Under the pieces are notes generated by a model. It ran no database searches. It saw only the letters and a list, made by a program, of their open reading frames with translations, and had not been told where the DNA came from. Positions 10,077 through 19,072 of a stretch of DNA of 64,000 nt are shown here, one piece after another. Position numbers and translations under genes: made by a program. Position 1 is the first letter of the stretch, and each line of letters starts with the position of its first letter. The DNA is from Candidatus Acidiferrum sp. (GTDB taxonomy: Bacteria; Acidobacteriota; Terriglobia; Acidiferrales; UBA7541), in NCBI GenBank assembly GCA_035262325.1, contig DATFTB010000100.1, positions 9,340-73,339 of the forward strand. Reading direction: 5' to 3'.

Positions 10077-10397
10077 CTAATTTGCAGATTCGACCACCCA
10101 TCGTCCTTGCGGCTCGACAAACTCCACCCCAATGGCAAAACCGCCACGCAGGGATTGGCAATAAGCCACTCGAGCCTTCGAACGAAACTCTCCAGAACGC
10201 GATACGAACGAGACGGTCGCGTTTCTCTCCCACTGACGGATGGTGAGCACGCGTGCGCCCCTAGCGCTAACGTTTTCCGTAAACGTCGATTCAGCGCCAG
10301 GCAGATGCCGGTGACCGTCGAGCACCACGGGCACCTCCATCGGAACACGGCGTTCCGAGCGTCGCGCGGCGCGGATGATCTTTTGAGGCATCGGCAT
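10077..10397 (-). CDS. stand-alone PilZ domain protein
   Basis: RRSERR and ENVSARGA c-di-GMP-binding motifs, IGVEF; ATG at 10397 after GAGGAAG. Confidence 0.85.
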   Translation of the reverse strand: MPMPQKIIRAARRSERRVPMEVPVVLDGHRHLPGAESTFTENVSARGARVLTIRQWERNATVSFVSRSGEFRSKARVAYCQSLRGGFAIGVEFVEPQGRWVVESAN

Positions 10398-10402
10398 CTT
10401 CC

Positions 10403-11719
10403 TCACAGGCACGCTGCGATTCGGGCGATGGAATTCATCGGGGTGCCCCGGCGCTTCATGCGATAGAGCACGCGGTCGGCCGAACCCAAGAGCTTCTCGG
10501 CGGTGTCGCCATCTTCGGGGTAAGCCGCAATTCCCGCACTTACCGAAAGAGCGGGCTCTTCCGTTTCCATCGCCAGGCGCTCGCGAACACGGGTGGCGAC
10601 GCGCGTGGCAATCTCTCTCGGCGCCTCGGGCAGAACCAGGGCGAATTCATCGCCTCCGTAGCGCGCGGGAGTATCGATGGCGCGCGAGTGATTCCGCAGG
10701 ATCTTGCCCAGGCGCACGAGAGCGCGGCTGCCAACAAGATGTCCGTAGCGATCATTAATGACTTTGAGCCCGTCCATGTCGAGCAGCACGATGCTGAACG
10801 GACGGTTGGTCCGCCGCGAACGGTCGAGTTCGGATTCAATCACCGCGATGAGCCGGCGGTAGTTGGCCAGCCCCGTGAGCGGGTCACTCACCGCGAGAGT
10901 GCGAACCTGATCGAACAGGCGCGCCTGATCAATCAACGCGGCGCAGAGCATGATCGTGTAGCTGGCTACCTTGCTGAGCTCGGCCAGGAAAAAAGGCCCG
11001 TCGAAGAGGCGGCGCGAAAACAGCGCTGCCAGGTGGCAAGCCATATTGAGCAAAGCGACGAGAAACAACGAATAGTCGTACAGTGACGAGTCGCCATCCG
11101 CTTTCTTTTCTGCACGAAATCGCCGGTAGAAAAAGATCGCCGCGAGGGCGAACAGCCCGCCGGGAAGAAGTTCCCACGGTCGCGAAAACAGGGCGCCGTA
11201 TTCTGCGACCGGCGTGGCCGGGGCTGCAATAAAAGCCGCACTGGTGACATAGGTGGCGGCGGCCACGACGAAAAGGGCTCCCGCTGTTTCGCGGCTCGGC
11301 TGCCTGGAGGTCGGAAGAAAGCGCTCGACGGCCAGCGCGGCGAGCAGCAATACCGCCAGGAGCGTGCGTCCGACCATCCATCCCATTGGCACGTGAGAAA
11401 GGGCCACGTGTCCGGTGCGGATCAATTCATTGAGGCTGAAGTAGCCGACCGTCTCGATCATGCCCGAGAGCACAAAACCAAATGCGAGAATAAACGCGGT
11501 CCGATCGTGGGTCCCGCGGAAGCGCACGAGGGCGTTCGCCGCATAACAAAAGCTGAGGAGGGAGCCGCCCACCTCGAGGTAGAGGTAGGTGCTGGGCGCT
11601 GTCGCCACCAGGGCATAGCGGGAGTAAAAGACGAGTCCAAGGAAGAGGGCCACGATTAAGCCGTAAGCAATCGCTGGCTGGTAGCCTCGCTCCTTGCGGA
11701 GAAAACCCGTGATTTTCAC
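10403..11719 (-). CDS. diguanylate cyclase with MASE3-like membrane sensor domain
   Basis: DPLTGLAN, RYGGDEF, RAID I-site; multi-TM N-terminus; GTG at 11719 after GGAG. Confidence 0.92.
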   Translation of the reverse strand: MKITGFLRKERGYQPAIAYGLIVALFLGLVFYSRYALVATAPSTYLYLEVGGSLLSFCYAANALVRFRGTHDRTAFILAFGFVLSGMIETVGYFSLNELIRTGHVALSHVPMGWMVGRTLLAVLLLAALAVERFLPTSRQPSRETAGALFVVAAATYVTSAAFIAAPATPVAEYGALFSRPWELLPGGLFALAAIFFYRRFRAEKKADGDSSLYDYSLFLVALLNMACHLAALFSRRLFDGPFFLAELSKVASYTIMLCAALIDQARLFDQVRTLAVSDPLTGLANYRRLIAVIESELDRSRRTNRPFSIVLLDMDGLKVINDRYGHLVGSRALVRLGKILRNHSRAIDTPARYGGDEFALVLPEAPREIATRVATRVRERLAMETEEPALSVSAGIAAYPEDGDTAEKLLGSADRVLYRMKRRGTPMNSIARIAACL

Positions 11720-11870
11720 CCAATCTCCCAAAGCAACCCCCAAAAGCCGTAGAAAAGCCGTCAAGACGGGGGAATAGCACGTCCATGCCCTTTCCCGCAT
11801 TGAAAACGCGCACTGCAAGCTATTGCACGAAAATAACTTATTCTTGCGGTGAGGGAAGCGATGTTCCAGT

Positions 11871-12015
11871 TGAGACAGCTGCGAGACGAGAAACGAAGCC
11901 TCAGCTTTCTCTTTTGAGACTCTATAGCATTTGTATCGAGAGAGTTAGCAGGTATTGAGACAAAACCGGCGCAGAGTCGCACGGGGTCTCAACTTGAGAC
12001 TGTCTCACGGTCTCG
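11871..12015. promoter_or_regulatory. array of GAGAC/GTCTC motifs, putative transcription-factor operator
   Basis: Eight copies in about 145 bp, including the palindrome GTCTCA-ACT-TGAGAC (11986-12000), upstream of the cyclase gene. Confidence 0.5.
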
Positions 12016-12036
12016 AGGTTTGCGTATCGCTGGGCC

Positions 12037-12267
12037 TCAGGCCTTTGGGAGGGCCGGGAGATCGCGGGCCGCTATTGGGCTGACAAAGTTCTGGCGCTTG
12101 TGGGTGCCATCGCAAAAAGGCTCGTTCCCAGAAAGCCCGCAACGACAAAGCGTGATGGAGGTGCGGCCGCCAAGCCCGAAGTGCTTGCCCTCCTGGTCGA
12201 CCAGCTCAAAATCCCCTTCGATGCGAAGAGGGCCGTTGTTGAAAACGGTTACCTTAGTTCCAGCCAC
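12037..12267 (-). CDS. CDGSH iron-sulfur domain protein
   Basis: NGPL...LCRCGLSGNEPFCDGTH; GTG start at 12267 after GGAGG. Confidence 0.9.
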   Translation of the reverse strand: MAGTKVTVFNNGPLRIEGDFELVDQEGKHFGLGGRTSITLCRCGLSGNEPFCDGTHKRQNFVSPIAARDLPALPKA

Positions 12268-12396
12268 AGGTCCTCCGAGATTTGGCCAAGACCATGAGGG
12301 CGCGCAAGGCAACTCCAAGATAACGGCAGCGGAAGCGAAAAACAAGGACGCGACGACGAAAGGGTCACCTCCTTCACTCCGTTGATACAGAATGTG

Positions 12397-13581
12397 TCAG
12401 TAACGCGCGACCGTGGGATCGACTTCGGTGGACCAGGAGAGAATGCCACCGCGCAAATTGTAGATCTTGCGAAAACCGGCTTTGCGAAGAAAATCCACGG
12501 CTCGCGCGGAACGCGTTCCGCTGCGGCAGTGCGCAACGATTTCGTGGGAGGAATCCAGTTCGTGGACGCGGTGAGGCAGTTCCCCCAGGGGGATCAGGTG
12601 GCCCTTGAGGTTGCAGATCTGATATTCGTGCGGCTCGCGCACATCCAGAATGAAAAGGTCATCGCCCTGTTCGAGTCGTTGTTTCAATTCGCGGGCGGTC
12701 ATTTCCGGGACGTGCAGGTCGCTTTCCGGCTCCTCTTCGCCGCGGATTCCGCAGAATTCGTTGTAGTCGATGAGCTGCTGAATCTTAGGATGGACACCGC
12801 AGATCGGACAATCGGAATTCTTGCGAAGCTTCAGTTCGCGGAATTTCAGGGCGAGTGCGTCGAAGAGCACAAGGCGGCCAGCGAGCAAATCGCCGCGCCC
12901 GAGAATCAGTTTGATTGCTTCGAGGGCCTGAAGCGACCCAACAATGCCCGGAAGCACGCCTAATACTCCACCTTCCGCGCAGGAAGGCACAAGGCCCGGC
13001 GGAGGTGGCTCGGGATAAAGGCATCGGTAGCACGGGCCGTCGGGCATGCCGAAGACCGTGACTTGCCCTTCAAACCGGAAGATCGAACCGTAAACGTTGG
13101 GCTTGCCGAGCAGCAGGCAGGCATCGTTCACAAGGTAGCGCGTGGGAAAATTGTCGGTGCCATCGACGATCACGTCGTAATCCTTGAACAATTCCAGGGC
13201 GTTTTCGCTCGTGAGCCTGGTTTCGTAGGTCGTGATGTTCACGTCGGGATTCAGATTTGACAGCCGGGCGCGCGCAGCCTCGGTTTTTGGCCTGCCGACG
13301 TCGCCGGTGCCAAAGGTGACCTGACGCTGGAGGTTGGTGTAGTCCACGACATCAAAATCGACCAGGCCGATGTTTCCAACCCCGGCAGCCGTCAGGTACA
13401 GGCCAAGGGGCGCTCCGAGGCCACCCGTGCCAATCAGCAGCACCTTGGCCGCTTTCAGCTTGAGTTGGCCCTCCATGCCAACCTCGGGCATGATCAGGTG
13501 CCGGCTGTAGCGGAGAATCTCTTCATTGGTCAGGCTCGCTGGCGGCGCGTGGCCGGTCAACGGCTTTTGTTTCGTGGGCAT
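12397..13581 (-). CDS. moeB: molybdopterin-synthase adenylyltransferase MoeB/MoeZ with rhodanese domain
   Basis: RYSRH, GTGGLG, NLQRQ, CYRC, CPIC, C-terminal HCRSGTRS. Confidence 0.93.
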   Translation of the reverse strand: MPTKQKPLTGHAPPASLTNEEILRYSRHLIMPEVGMEGQLKLKAAKVLLIGTGGLGAPLGLYLTAAGVGNIGLVDFDVVDYTNLQRQVTFGTGDVGRPKTEAARARLSNLNPDVNITTYETRLTSENALELFKDYDVIVDGTDNFPTRYLVNDACLLLGKPNVYGSIFRFEGQVTVFGMPDGPCYRCLYPEPPPPGLVPSCAEGGVLGVLPGIVGSLQALEAIKLILGRGDLLAGRLVLFDALALKFRELKLRKNSDCPICGVHPKIQQLIDYNEFCGIRGEEEPESDLHVPEMTARELKQRLEQGDDLFILDVREPHEYQICNLKGHLIPLGELPHRVHELDSSHEIVAHCRSGTRSARAVDFLRKAGFRKIYNLRGGILSWSTEVDPTVARY

Positions 13582-13716
13582 CGCAAGTTTCCCCGGTGCT
13601 GATGCCATTTTACGCGGCGGTGCACTCTGAGGAAAGCCGCCCGGGCGGGCAGCACCCGCCCCAAGTCCCGGGCGGCACTTTACAGACGAACCCGCGAATC
13701 GTACTCTTGGAGCGCT

Positions 13717-14160
13717 ATGTGGAATGTCGACGAACGTTTTGAGAAGAAGGCCATGGACACCCTGGCGTCGCTGGGCTTTTCCGTCGGCAGCACGCGCGGG
13801 GTTGTTCGCGTAGAAAAGTACGGCTCGGGCGCAGAATTCCGGCAGAATCCCGACGGCCGCTTCCAAATGACGATTTTGCCTAGCATCATGCTCAACGGGC
13901 AGTTCACACGCCTGTGGGATGCCGGCTACCAGAAATTTCTCCTGAGCGATGAAGGCGTCAAGGTGCCGGCCAGGGCCGAGCAACTCTTGAATCTGCGTAA
14001 GTTCAACGAAGAGCTGCGCACCGCGCTCGGCGTGCCAACATTCTACAACGAGGCCCTCGGCTCGGTCAGTCAGTTGAGCGTTTACGATCGCGTCAGGGGA
14101 CGCGAAGGCGATGTGCCCGACAAAACCGTGGGGGCACATGAACCGGGGAACGGCCACTGA
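13717..14160 (+). CDS. hypothetical protein
   Basis: 147-aa ORF with normal composition (DAGYQKF, FYNEALGSVS..VYDR), divergent from moeB, GGAG RBS. Confidence 0.75.
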   Translation: MWNVDERFEKKAMDTLASLGFSVGSTRGVVRVEKYGSGAEFRQNPDGRFQMTILPSIMLNGQFTRLWDAGYQKFLLSDEGVKVPARAEQLLNLRKFNEELRTALGVPTFYNEALGSVSQLSVYDRVRGREGDVPDKTVGAHEPGNGH

Positions 14161-14179
14161 GTCGGGTTTCCCGGTGCGA

Positions 14180-14476
14180 CTAAGCGTTGCTTTTCTTGCG
14201 CGCTTCCTCTAAGCACCTCCGAAATTGTTCGAGATTGACGCGATGCTTGGCAACCTTGCGCGTCCCGACAAAGAGCACCGGAATGTCCCAGCCGTAACGG
14301 TCGGTGAGATCGCGATCCTCGTCGATATTCACTTCACGCAAACGCGCGCCAAACTCCTGGACTAAAGGCTCGATGGCGGCCTTTGCTTCTTCGCAGAGAT
14401 GGCATCCCGGGCGCGTGTAGAGAGTGATCTCGAGTGCACCGGTTGTGCGAAGGCGCGCGTCCTCCGGAGCCGTCAT
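14180..14476 (-). CDS. glutaredoxin-like protein (DUF836)
   Basis: LYTRPGCHLCEEA, DIPVL. Confidence 0.9.
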   Translation of the reverse strand: MTAPEDARLRTTGALEITLYTRPGCHLCEEAKAAIEPLVQEFGARLREVNIDEDRDLTDRYGWDIPVLFVGTRKVAKHRVNLEQFRRCLEEARKKSNA

Positions 14477-15006
14477 GGCTTGGGTTGGGAATACTTGCGG
14501 AATGGTCCGGCGTGCGGGTAAAAGCAGTACGCGCGATAAAGTTCGGCAACCTGGCGGATATGACCGAGGTCATGATTGGCAAGCTCATGCAACATCTGCG
14601 AAAGTGTAATTGTGCCCATCTCGGGGTGAATTCCGGTGCGGGCCCCGGCGGCGGAGGGCACCGCATGGAGAAAAAAGACAAAGGCGCGGCGCAGGGCCAC
14701 CAATTCTTCCAAGTATTGCCGCGCCGGCTTTTTCGGGACTTCGGACTCCGCCGGAGGTGCGTACCTTGGGAGCGCCGGAGATTCCTCGATTACGATGCGG
14801 CGCGCGCGCTGCTCGTACAATTGTTCGATCATCAGCAGGTGGGCGAGCACTTCGGTGATCGACCAGCGGTCTGCCGCTGGCTTCCACTGCAGGACCTCGG
14901 CGGACACGTCGCGCAGCAACAGCTCGAGCAGACCTGGGGTCTTTTCGAGCATCGAAACAGGAGCCTGAATCGGGGCAGGAGAAGGGCGTTGCATCTGGGA
15001 CCTCAT
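14473..15006 (-). CDS. DinB family protein
   Basis: WSITEVLAHL and HDLGH metal-binding His pattern. Confidence 0.88.
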   Translation of the reverse strand: MRSQMQRPSPAPIQAPVSMLEKTPGLLELLLRDVSAEVLQWKPAADRWSITEVLAHLLMIEQLYEQRARRIVIEESPALPRYAPPAESEVPKKPARQYLEELVALRRAFVFFLHAVPSAAGARTGIHPEMGTITLSQMLHELANHDLGHIRQVAELYRAYCFYPHAGPFRKYSQPKP

Positions 15007-15097
15007 GCAGGCAGGGCTGATTGTAATCCCACTAAACGCCGAGGCAAAGCCCCGGTGCGGGGAATCCTGTAAGATTTCGAGGAAGGGAGATCGCGAA

Positions 15098-15448
15098 ATG
15101 GGACGCGTGGTTGCATTAATGGACGACTTGTTTTTTCAAATGAAGGTGGCGGAAACGGCCAAGCACCTGGGCTTGGAATTCAAGGTGGCGGCGAATGGTG
15201 ACGTTCTGGCGGGCATGCTCGAACCTCCCACAAAACTCGTGGTCATCGACCTGAACGCCAAGAGCCAGCCGGTGGCAACCCTGGCCCGGGTGCGCGCAAC
15301 CCAGAGGGAGTTGCGGGTAGTGGCGTTCCTGTCGCATGTGCAGACGGAACTGGCGGCCCAGGCCCGCGCCGCCGGCGCCACGGACGTAATGCCTCGCTCG
15401 GCGTTTACGCAAAACCTCGCGGCCATTCTGCAAGAGGCGAAGGATTAA
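15098..15448 (+). CDS. atypical single-domain receiver-like protein
   Basis: VVALMDDLFF, VVIDL, VVAFLSHV, AGA..VMPRS; REC topology with Arg in place of the conserved Lys. Confidence 0.72.
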   Translation: MGRVVALMDDLFFQMKVAETAKHLGLEFKVAANGDVLAGMLEPPTKLVVIDLNAKSQPVATLARVRATQRELRVVAFLSHVQTELAAQARAAGATDVMPRSAFTQNLAAILQEAKD

Positions 15449-15454
15449 GAGCAA

Positions 15455-16378
15455 GTGTTGAGATTGAAGATCGTTTTTCAGGCGTGTGTCGGCGGTACCG
15501 TGCTTCTTGGCTGGTTCGTTGCTAGCGTAAGGCTTTGTGCAGCGCAGGCTCCAAAAGCCAACGATCCTGCGACCGTACTTCAGGAGGTCTTGACCGCAGC
15601 GTGCGCACAGGATTCGAACCATTTTTCCGACAAGTTGACAGCTCGCAACGCTGACGCCTTCCGGCGAATGACTCCCGCGGCTCAAGCCACTTTCCTGAAG
15701 CGCTTTGTACTGCTCGACAAGGCCGGAAAGCCGCGCTCCTCGGGCGATGCGTCAGGTGTTTTGACGGTGTTTTGCGAAACCCCGGAAATGACAACCCAGA
15801 TGCAAATTGGCAAGCCCGAAGTGCGCGACAATCTCGCCTACTTACCCCTCGTCGCTAAGGATGCGACCGATACCGCCGATGCCAACACCCGCCGCATCAC
15901 CATGGGATTAGTACGGGAAAGCGGCCAATGGAAGCTGCTTTCGCTCGGTTTGCTCTTGCTCGACCTCCCTACGCTCGGCGAAGAATGGGATCGCGCGGAA
16001 ATTCAAGTCAATGAAAAATCCGCTATCGCGTCCATCATGGAGCTCGCGGACGCTATCGAGAAATATCGCGTTACGTTTACTCGTCTGCCCGATTCGCTGG
16101 CGGCGCTTGGACCTTCCGGAAGGGCCCCGACTCAAGCAGCCAAAGCGGGGCTCGTCAGTGATCAGCTCGCCGCTGGCCGCAAGGATGGCTACTCGTTCCG
16201 CTACGTCATCGTCGGCGCGACGACCTCCGGTGCCCCCGCAAAGTATGAGCTTGCCGCAATTCCAGCCGAGTACGGACGAACGGGTATGCGCTCCTTTTTC
16301 CGCGACTCGAGCGGAGTACTACACGCGGGCGACCACCAGGGCGCAGTCGGCAGCCTGTCGGATCCAAAGGTGGAATAG
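15455..16378 (+). CDS. exported protein with C-terminal pilin-like / DUF2950-like domain
   Basis: Signal peptide; NEKSAIASI, GRKDGYSFRY, AIPAEYGRTGMRSFFRDSSGV. Confidence 0.65.
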   Translation: MLRLKIVFQACVGGTVLLGWFVASVRLCAAQAPKANDPATVLQEVLTAACAQDSNHFSDKLTARNADAFRRMTPAAQATFLKRFVLLDKAGKPRSSGDASGVLTVFCETPEMTTQMQIGKPEVRDNLAYLPLVAKDATDTADANTRRITMGLVRESGQWKLLSLGLLLLDLPTLGEEWDRAEIQVNEKSAIASIMELADAIEKYRVTFTRLPDSLAALGPSGRAPTQAAKAGLVSDQLAAGRKDGYSFRYVIVGATTSGAPAKYELAAIPAEYGRTGMRSFFRDSSGVLHAGDHQGAVGSLSDPKVE

Positions 16379-16527
16379 GTGGAATAGTCTCCGCAGCTCA
16401 ACCAGGTTTCTCCTTTCTTTCCTCATTGAGCCCCGTCGTTTTACTCGCGGCGCTTGGAATCACGCCCTACGCCCTTTGAACGTCGGCAAATTAGAGAGAA
16501 TTTGAGAGAAGCCGAAGTTAGGCTAAC

Positions 16528-17640
16528 ATGGCGACCTTGCATATGCCCCTGACCCTCACGGTACATCTGCGCATCGCTTTTCTGTGCATGATTCTGGCCG
16601 CAATGGTGCCGCCTGGCCGGGCGCAGGAAGTCGAATCCGGCTATGGACCGCTACCCGTGTTCGAGTTTCACAGCGGCTTCTGGGTGAATCTTCACCACTT
16701 TCTCTATCACGAAGCCAGGACTCGCGTTGCGCGCAATTCCCGTGACGGCAACGCCAAACCTACGGGTCCTGTGTTGAAGCCTTCACCAGGCTCCGCGCCT
16801 TCTCTTTCAGCCGCGGAACAAAGAGCCTGGGACAGGGCCATGGCCTACTACTCGGCCGAATATGCACAAAAGGACCTGGCGGTGAATCTGGACCTGGTGC
16901 TGCTGAAGAACCAGCTCGGCGACTTTGAGGATTGCGATGAACTGACCGGAAAAAAGAAACGCTCCTGTGATGCGGGGCTGCCGGGGGACATTGGACCCAT
17001 TCTCGAGGCCGCGGCGCCGGTGTACCGGTCGCACTGGTGGCCGGACCAGGATCGGGCGAATCGCCGCTGGGTAACGCGCGTGGCGCCACTTGTGCGTGAG
17101 CAGGGTGTCGGCTTGTCTCAGAAGCTCGCGGACATCTACCAGACGAGCTGGCCCAAGGACAAGATTCGCGTGGAGGTGAGCGCCTTCGCGAATGCCGCGG
17201 GCGCGTACACGACGCTTGATCCCTTGCGTGTGACGATCTCGAGCACCGATCCCCGCAATCAGGGAACCGAAGCGCTAGAGGTCCTATTCCATGAGGCTTC
17301 CCACGATATCGCGAGGCCCGTAGAAATTGCTATCACGCGCGAATGCAAGCAGCGCGATAAGCCCATTCCCCGCAACCTCTGGCATGCCTTGATTTTCTAT
17401 ACCACGGGCGAAGTGCTTCGTCCCCTGACTAAGGATTCTCCGCCAGCAAAGGGAGGAGGAGACACGCCCCCTTCGGCGAAGCCGCCGCAACCGAACCTGG
17501 TTCCCTACGCACTTAGCGACATCCTCTCGCAGCGCGGGTGGGAGGACTACCACCTGCTGCTAGTTCTGTATTGGCAACCCTATCTGGATGGCAGAGTGAG
17601 CTTTGACGACGCCATCGCCCACCTGGTCTCGGCCGTCTGA
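16528..17640 (+). CDS. exported hypothetical protein, possible zinc metallopeptidase
   Basis: Signal peptide; LFHEASH (HExxH) and a downstream His in NLWHA. Confidence 0.65.
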   Translation: MATLHMPLTLTVHLRIAFLCMILAAMVPPGRAQEVESGYGPLPVFEFHSGFWVNLHHFLYHEARTRVARNSRDGNAKPTGPVLKPSPGSAPSLSAAEQRAWDRAMAYYSAEYAQKDLAVNLDLVLLKNQLGDFEDCDELTGKKKRSCDAGLPGDIGPILEAAAPVYRSHWWPDQDRANRRWVTRVAPLVREQGVGLSQKLADIYQTSWPKDKIRVEVSAFANAAGAYTTLDPLRVTISSTDPRNQGTEALEVLFHEASHDIARPVEIAITRECKQRDKPIPRNLWHALIFYTTGEVLRPLTKDSPPAKGGGDTPPSAKPPQPNLVPYALSDILSQRGWEDYHLLLVLYWQPYLDGRVSFDDAIAHLVSAV

Positions 17641-17869
17641 GGGTCTCGGACCTGAGGTTGTGGCGATGCGACTGTGGGTTGTCGTGAAGGTTGCCGCGAT
17701 TGTCCTCGGAACCCGCGTATGTTAGGCTTCTTCCTGCCAAGGCAGGCCCGGCCGAAAGCCACGCACGTCCCTTACTCGCACGACCTCTTCGCTCCCGTCC
17801 CCGAGGGTCGTACGACGGGGCAGCAGTCTCTGCGTTCAGGAGGACTAGGGCAGAGGACTCAAACCGCGC

Positions 17870-18742
17870 ATGGCTGGAAACCAAACGGCATCCCGAACGG
17901 AAAGAGAGCCCCGCGAAATCAAGCTGGCGCACTCTCCTGATTCAGACGACGCTTTCATGTTTTATGCGCTGGCTACCCACAAGCTGGCTACTCCGGGTTA
18001 CAAATACACGCACATTCTCTCCGATATTCAGTCGCTGAACGAAGCCGCCCTGAGGGAGACCTACGACGTAACTGCCCTGAGTTTCGCTGCTTATCCCTCT
18101 TTGCGCGACAGGTACGTTTTGCTCGATTGCGGCGCAAGCTTTGGGGAGGGCTACGGGCCCATTGTGGTTGCGACCAACGCGCTGAAGCCCCAGGAACTGA
18201 AGGGCAAGCGCATTGGCGTTCCTGGCCTGAAGACCTCGGCTTATCTCACCCTAAGGCTTTTCGAAGCGGACTTTGAGCCCGTCGTAATGCCCTTCGACAA
18301 AGTGATTGAGGCGGTTCGCAACGAGGTGGTGGAGGCCGGCCTTCTCATTCACGAAGGTCAGCTGTTCTTCCCCCAGTTGGGATTACACCGGGTCATCGAC
18401 CTAGGAATCTGGTGGCAGGAATTGACGAAGCTGCCGCTTCCACTCGGCGGGAATGCCGTGCGCCGGGCGTTGGGCGCCGACCTCGGCAGGCTTGTCGCCA
18501 GGACCATTCGGGACAGCGTCGCTTACGGCCTGGAGCACCGCGAAGAGGCTTTGAATTACGCCATGCAGTTCGCACGCGAGATGGACGCGGACCTCGCCGA
18601 CAAATTTGTGGGCATGTATGTGAACAAGTGGACGCTCGGTTATGGGGAAAAGGGCAAGAAAGCCGTGCGCGAACTGATCGAACGCGGCACGGCCGCCGGC
18701 TTGCTTCCCGGCCCCGCTGAAGTCGAATTCCTCGAAGAATAG
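17870..18742 (+). CDS. mqnD: 1,4-dihydroxy-6-naphthoate synthase (futalosine menaquinone pathway)
   Basis: AHSPDSDDAFMFYAL, GYGP, LIHEGQL, LPLPLGG, MYVN. Confidence 0.88.
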   Translation: MAGNQTASRTEREPREIKLAHSPDSDDAFMFYALATHKLATPGYKYTHILSDIQSLNEAALRETYDVTALSFAAYPSLRDRYVLLDCGASFGEGYGPIVVATNALKPQELKGKRIGVPGLKTSAYLTLRLFEADFEPVVMPFDKVIEAVRNEVVEAGLLIHEGQLFFPQLGLHRVIDLGIWWQELTKLPLPLGGNAVRRALGADLGRLVARTIRDSVAYGLEHREEALNYAMQFAREMDADLADKFVGMYVNKWTLGYGEKGKKAVRELIERGTAAGLLPGPAEVEFLEE

Positions 18743-18753
18743 CTTCCTTGCTG

Positions 18754-18771
18754 GCGAGCCGCACGGCTCGC
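18754..18771. terminator. GC-rich hairpin after mqnD
   Basis: GCGAGCC-GCAC-GGCTCGC about 12 nt after the stop; no clear U-tract. Confidence 0.4.
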
Positions 18772-19072
18772 TCACATCACATTCCCATTCCTCCGCGAGC
18801 AAGATTCAGTTCTTTGCGCCCTGCCCCGACACTCGTCTTGTCGTCAGCGGACAGGAGAAAAGGCCCGAAGGTGCTCCGGAAGAGAAAAAAAAAAGACATC
18901 GTTGTTCATTCGGAAACTTCACGCTCTGAGGTAGTCGGATTGTACCGGCCACTTCCTCGGGGCAACACAAATCCACTTTGGCCGGCAAACCGGGAACGGA
19001 CCTGCTAGGTACCGAGTGCTGCTTCTCTTGACGCTGCCCGCTGAATCGCCGCATACTGTTTTTTCGTTCCCG

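Noticed and set aside
11810-11830. Possible sigma54 promoter (GTGCAATAGCTTGCA on the - strand; similar words near 2510 and 30332)
   Set aside because: The conserved GG at -24 or GC at -12 with correct spacing is missing.
13582-14157. 190-aa N-terminal extension of moeB in the ORF track
   Set aside because: It overlaps the opposite-strand gene 13717-14160, and MoeB similarity begins only after the ATG at 13581.
16370-16387. 9-bp tandem duplication GTGGAATAG x2 at a gene end
   Set aside because: It could be an excision footprint, but it is too short and no element is nearby to support this.
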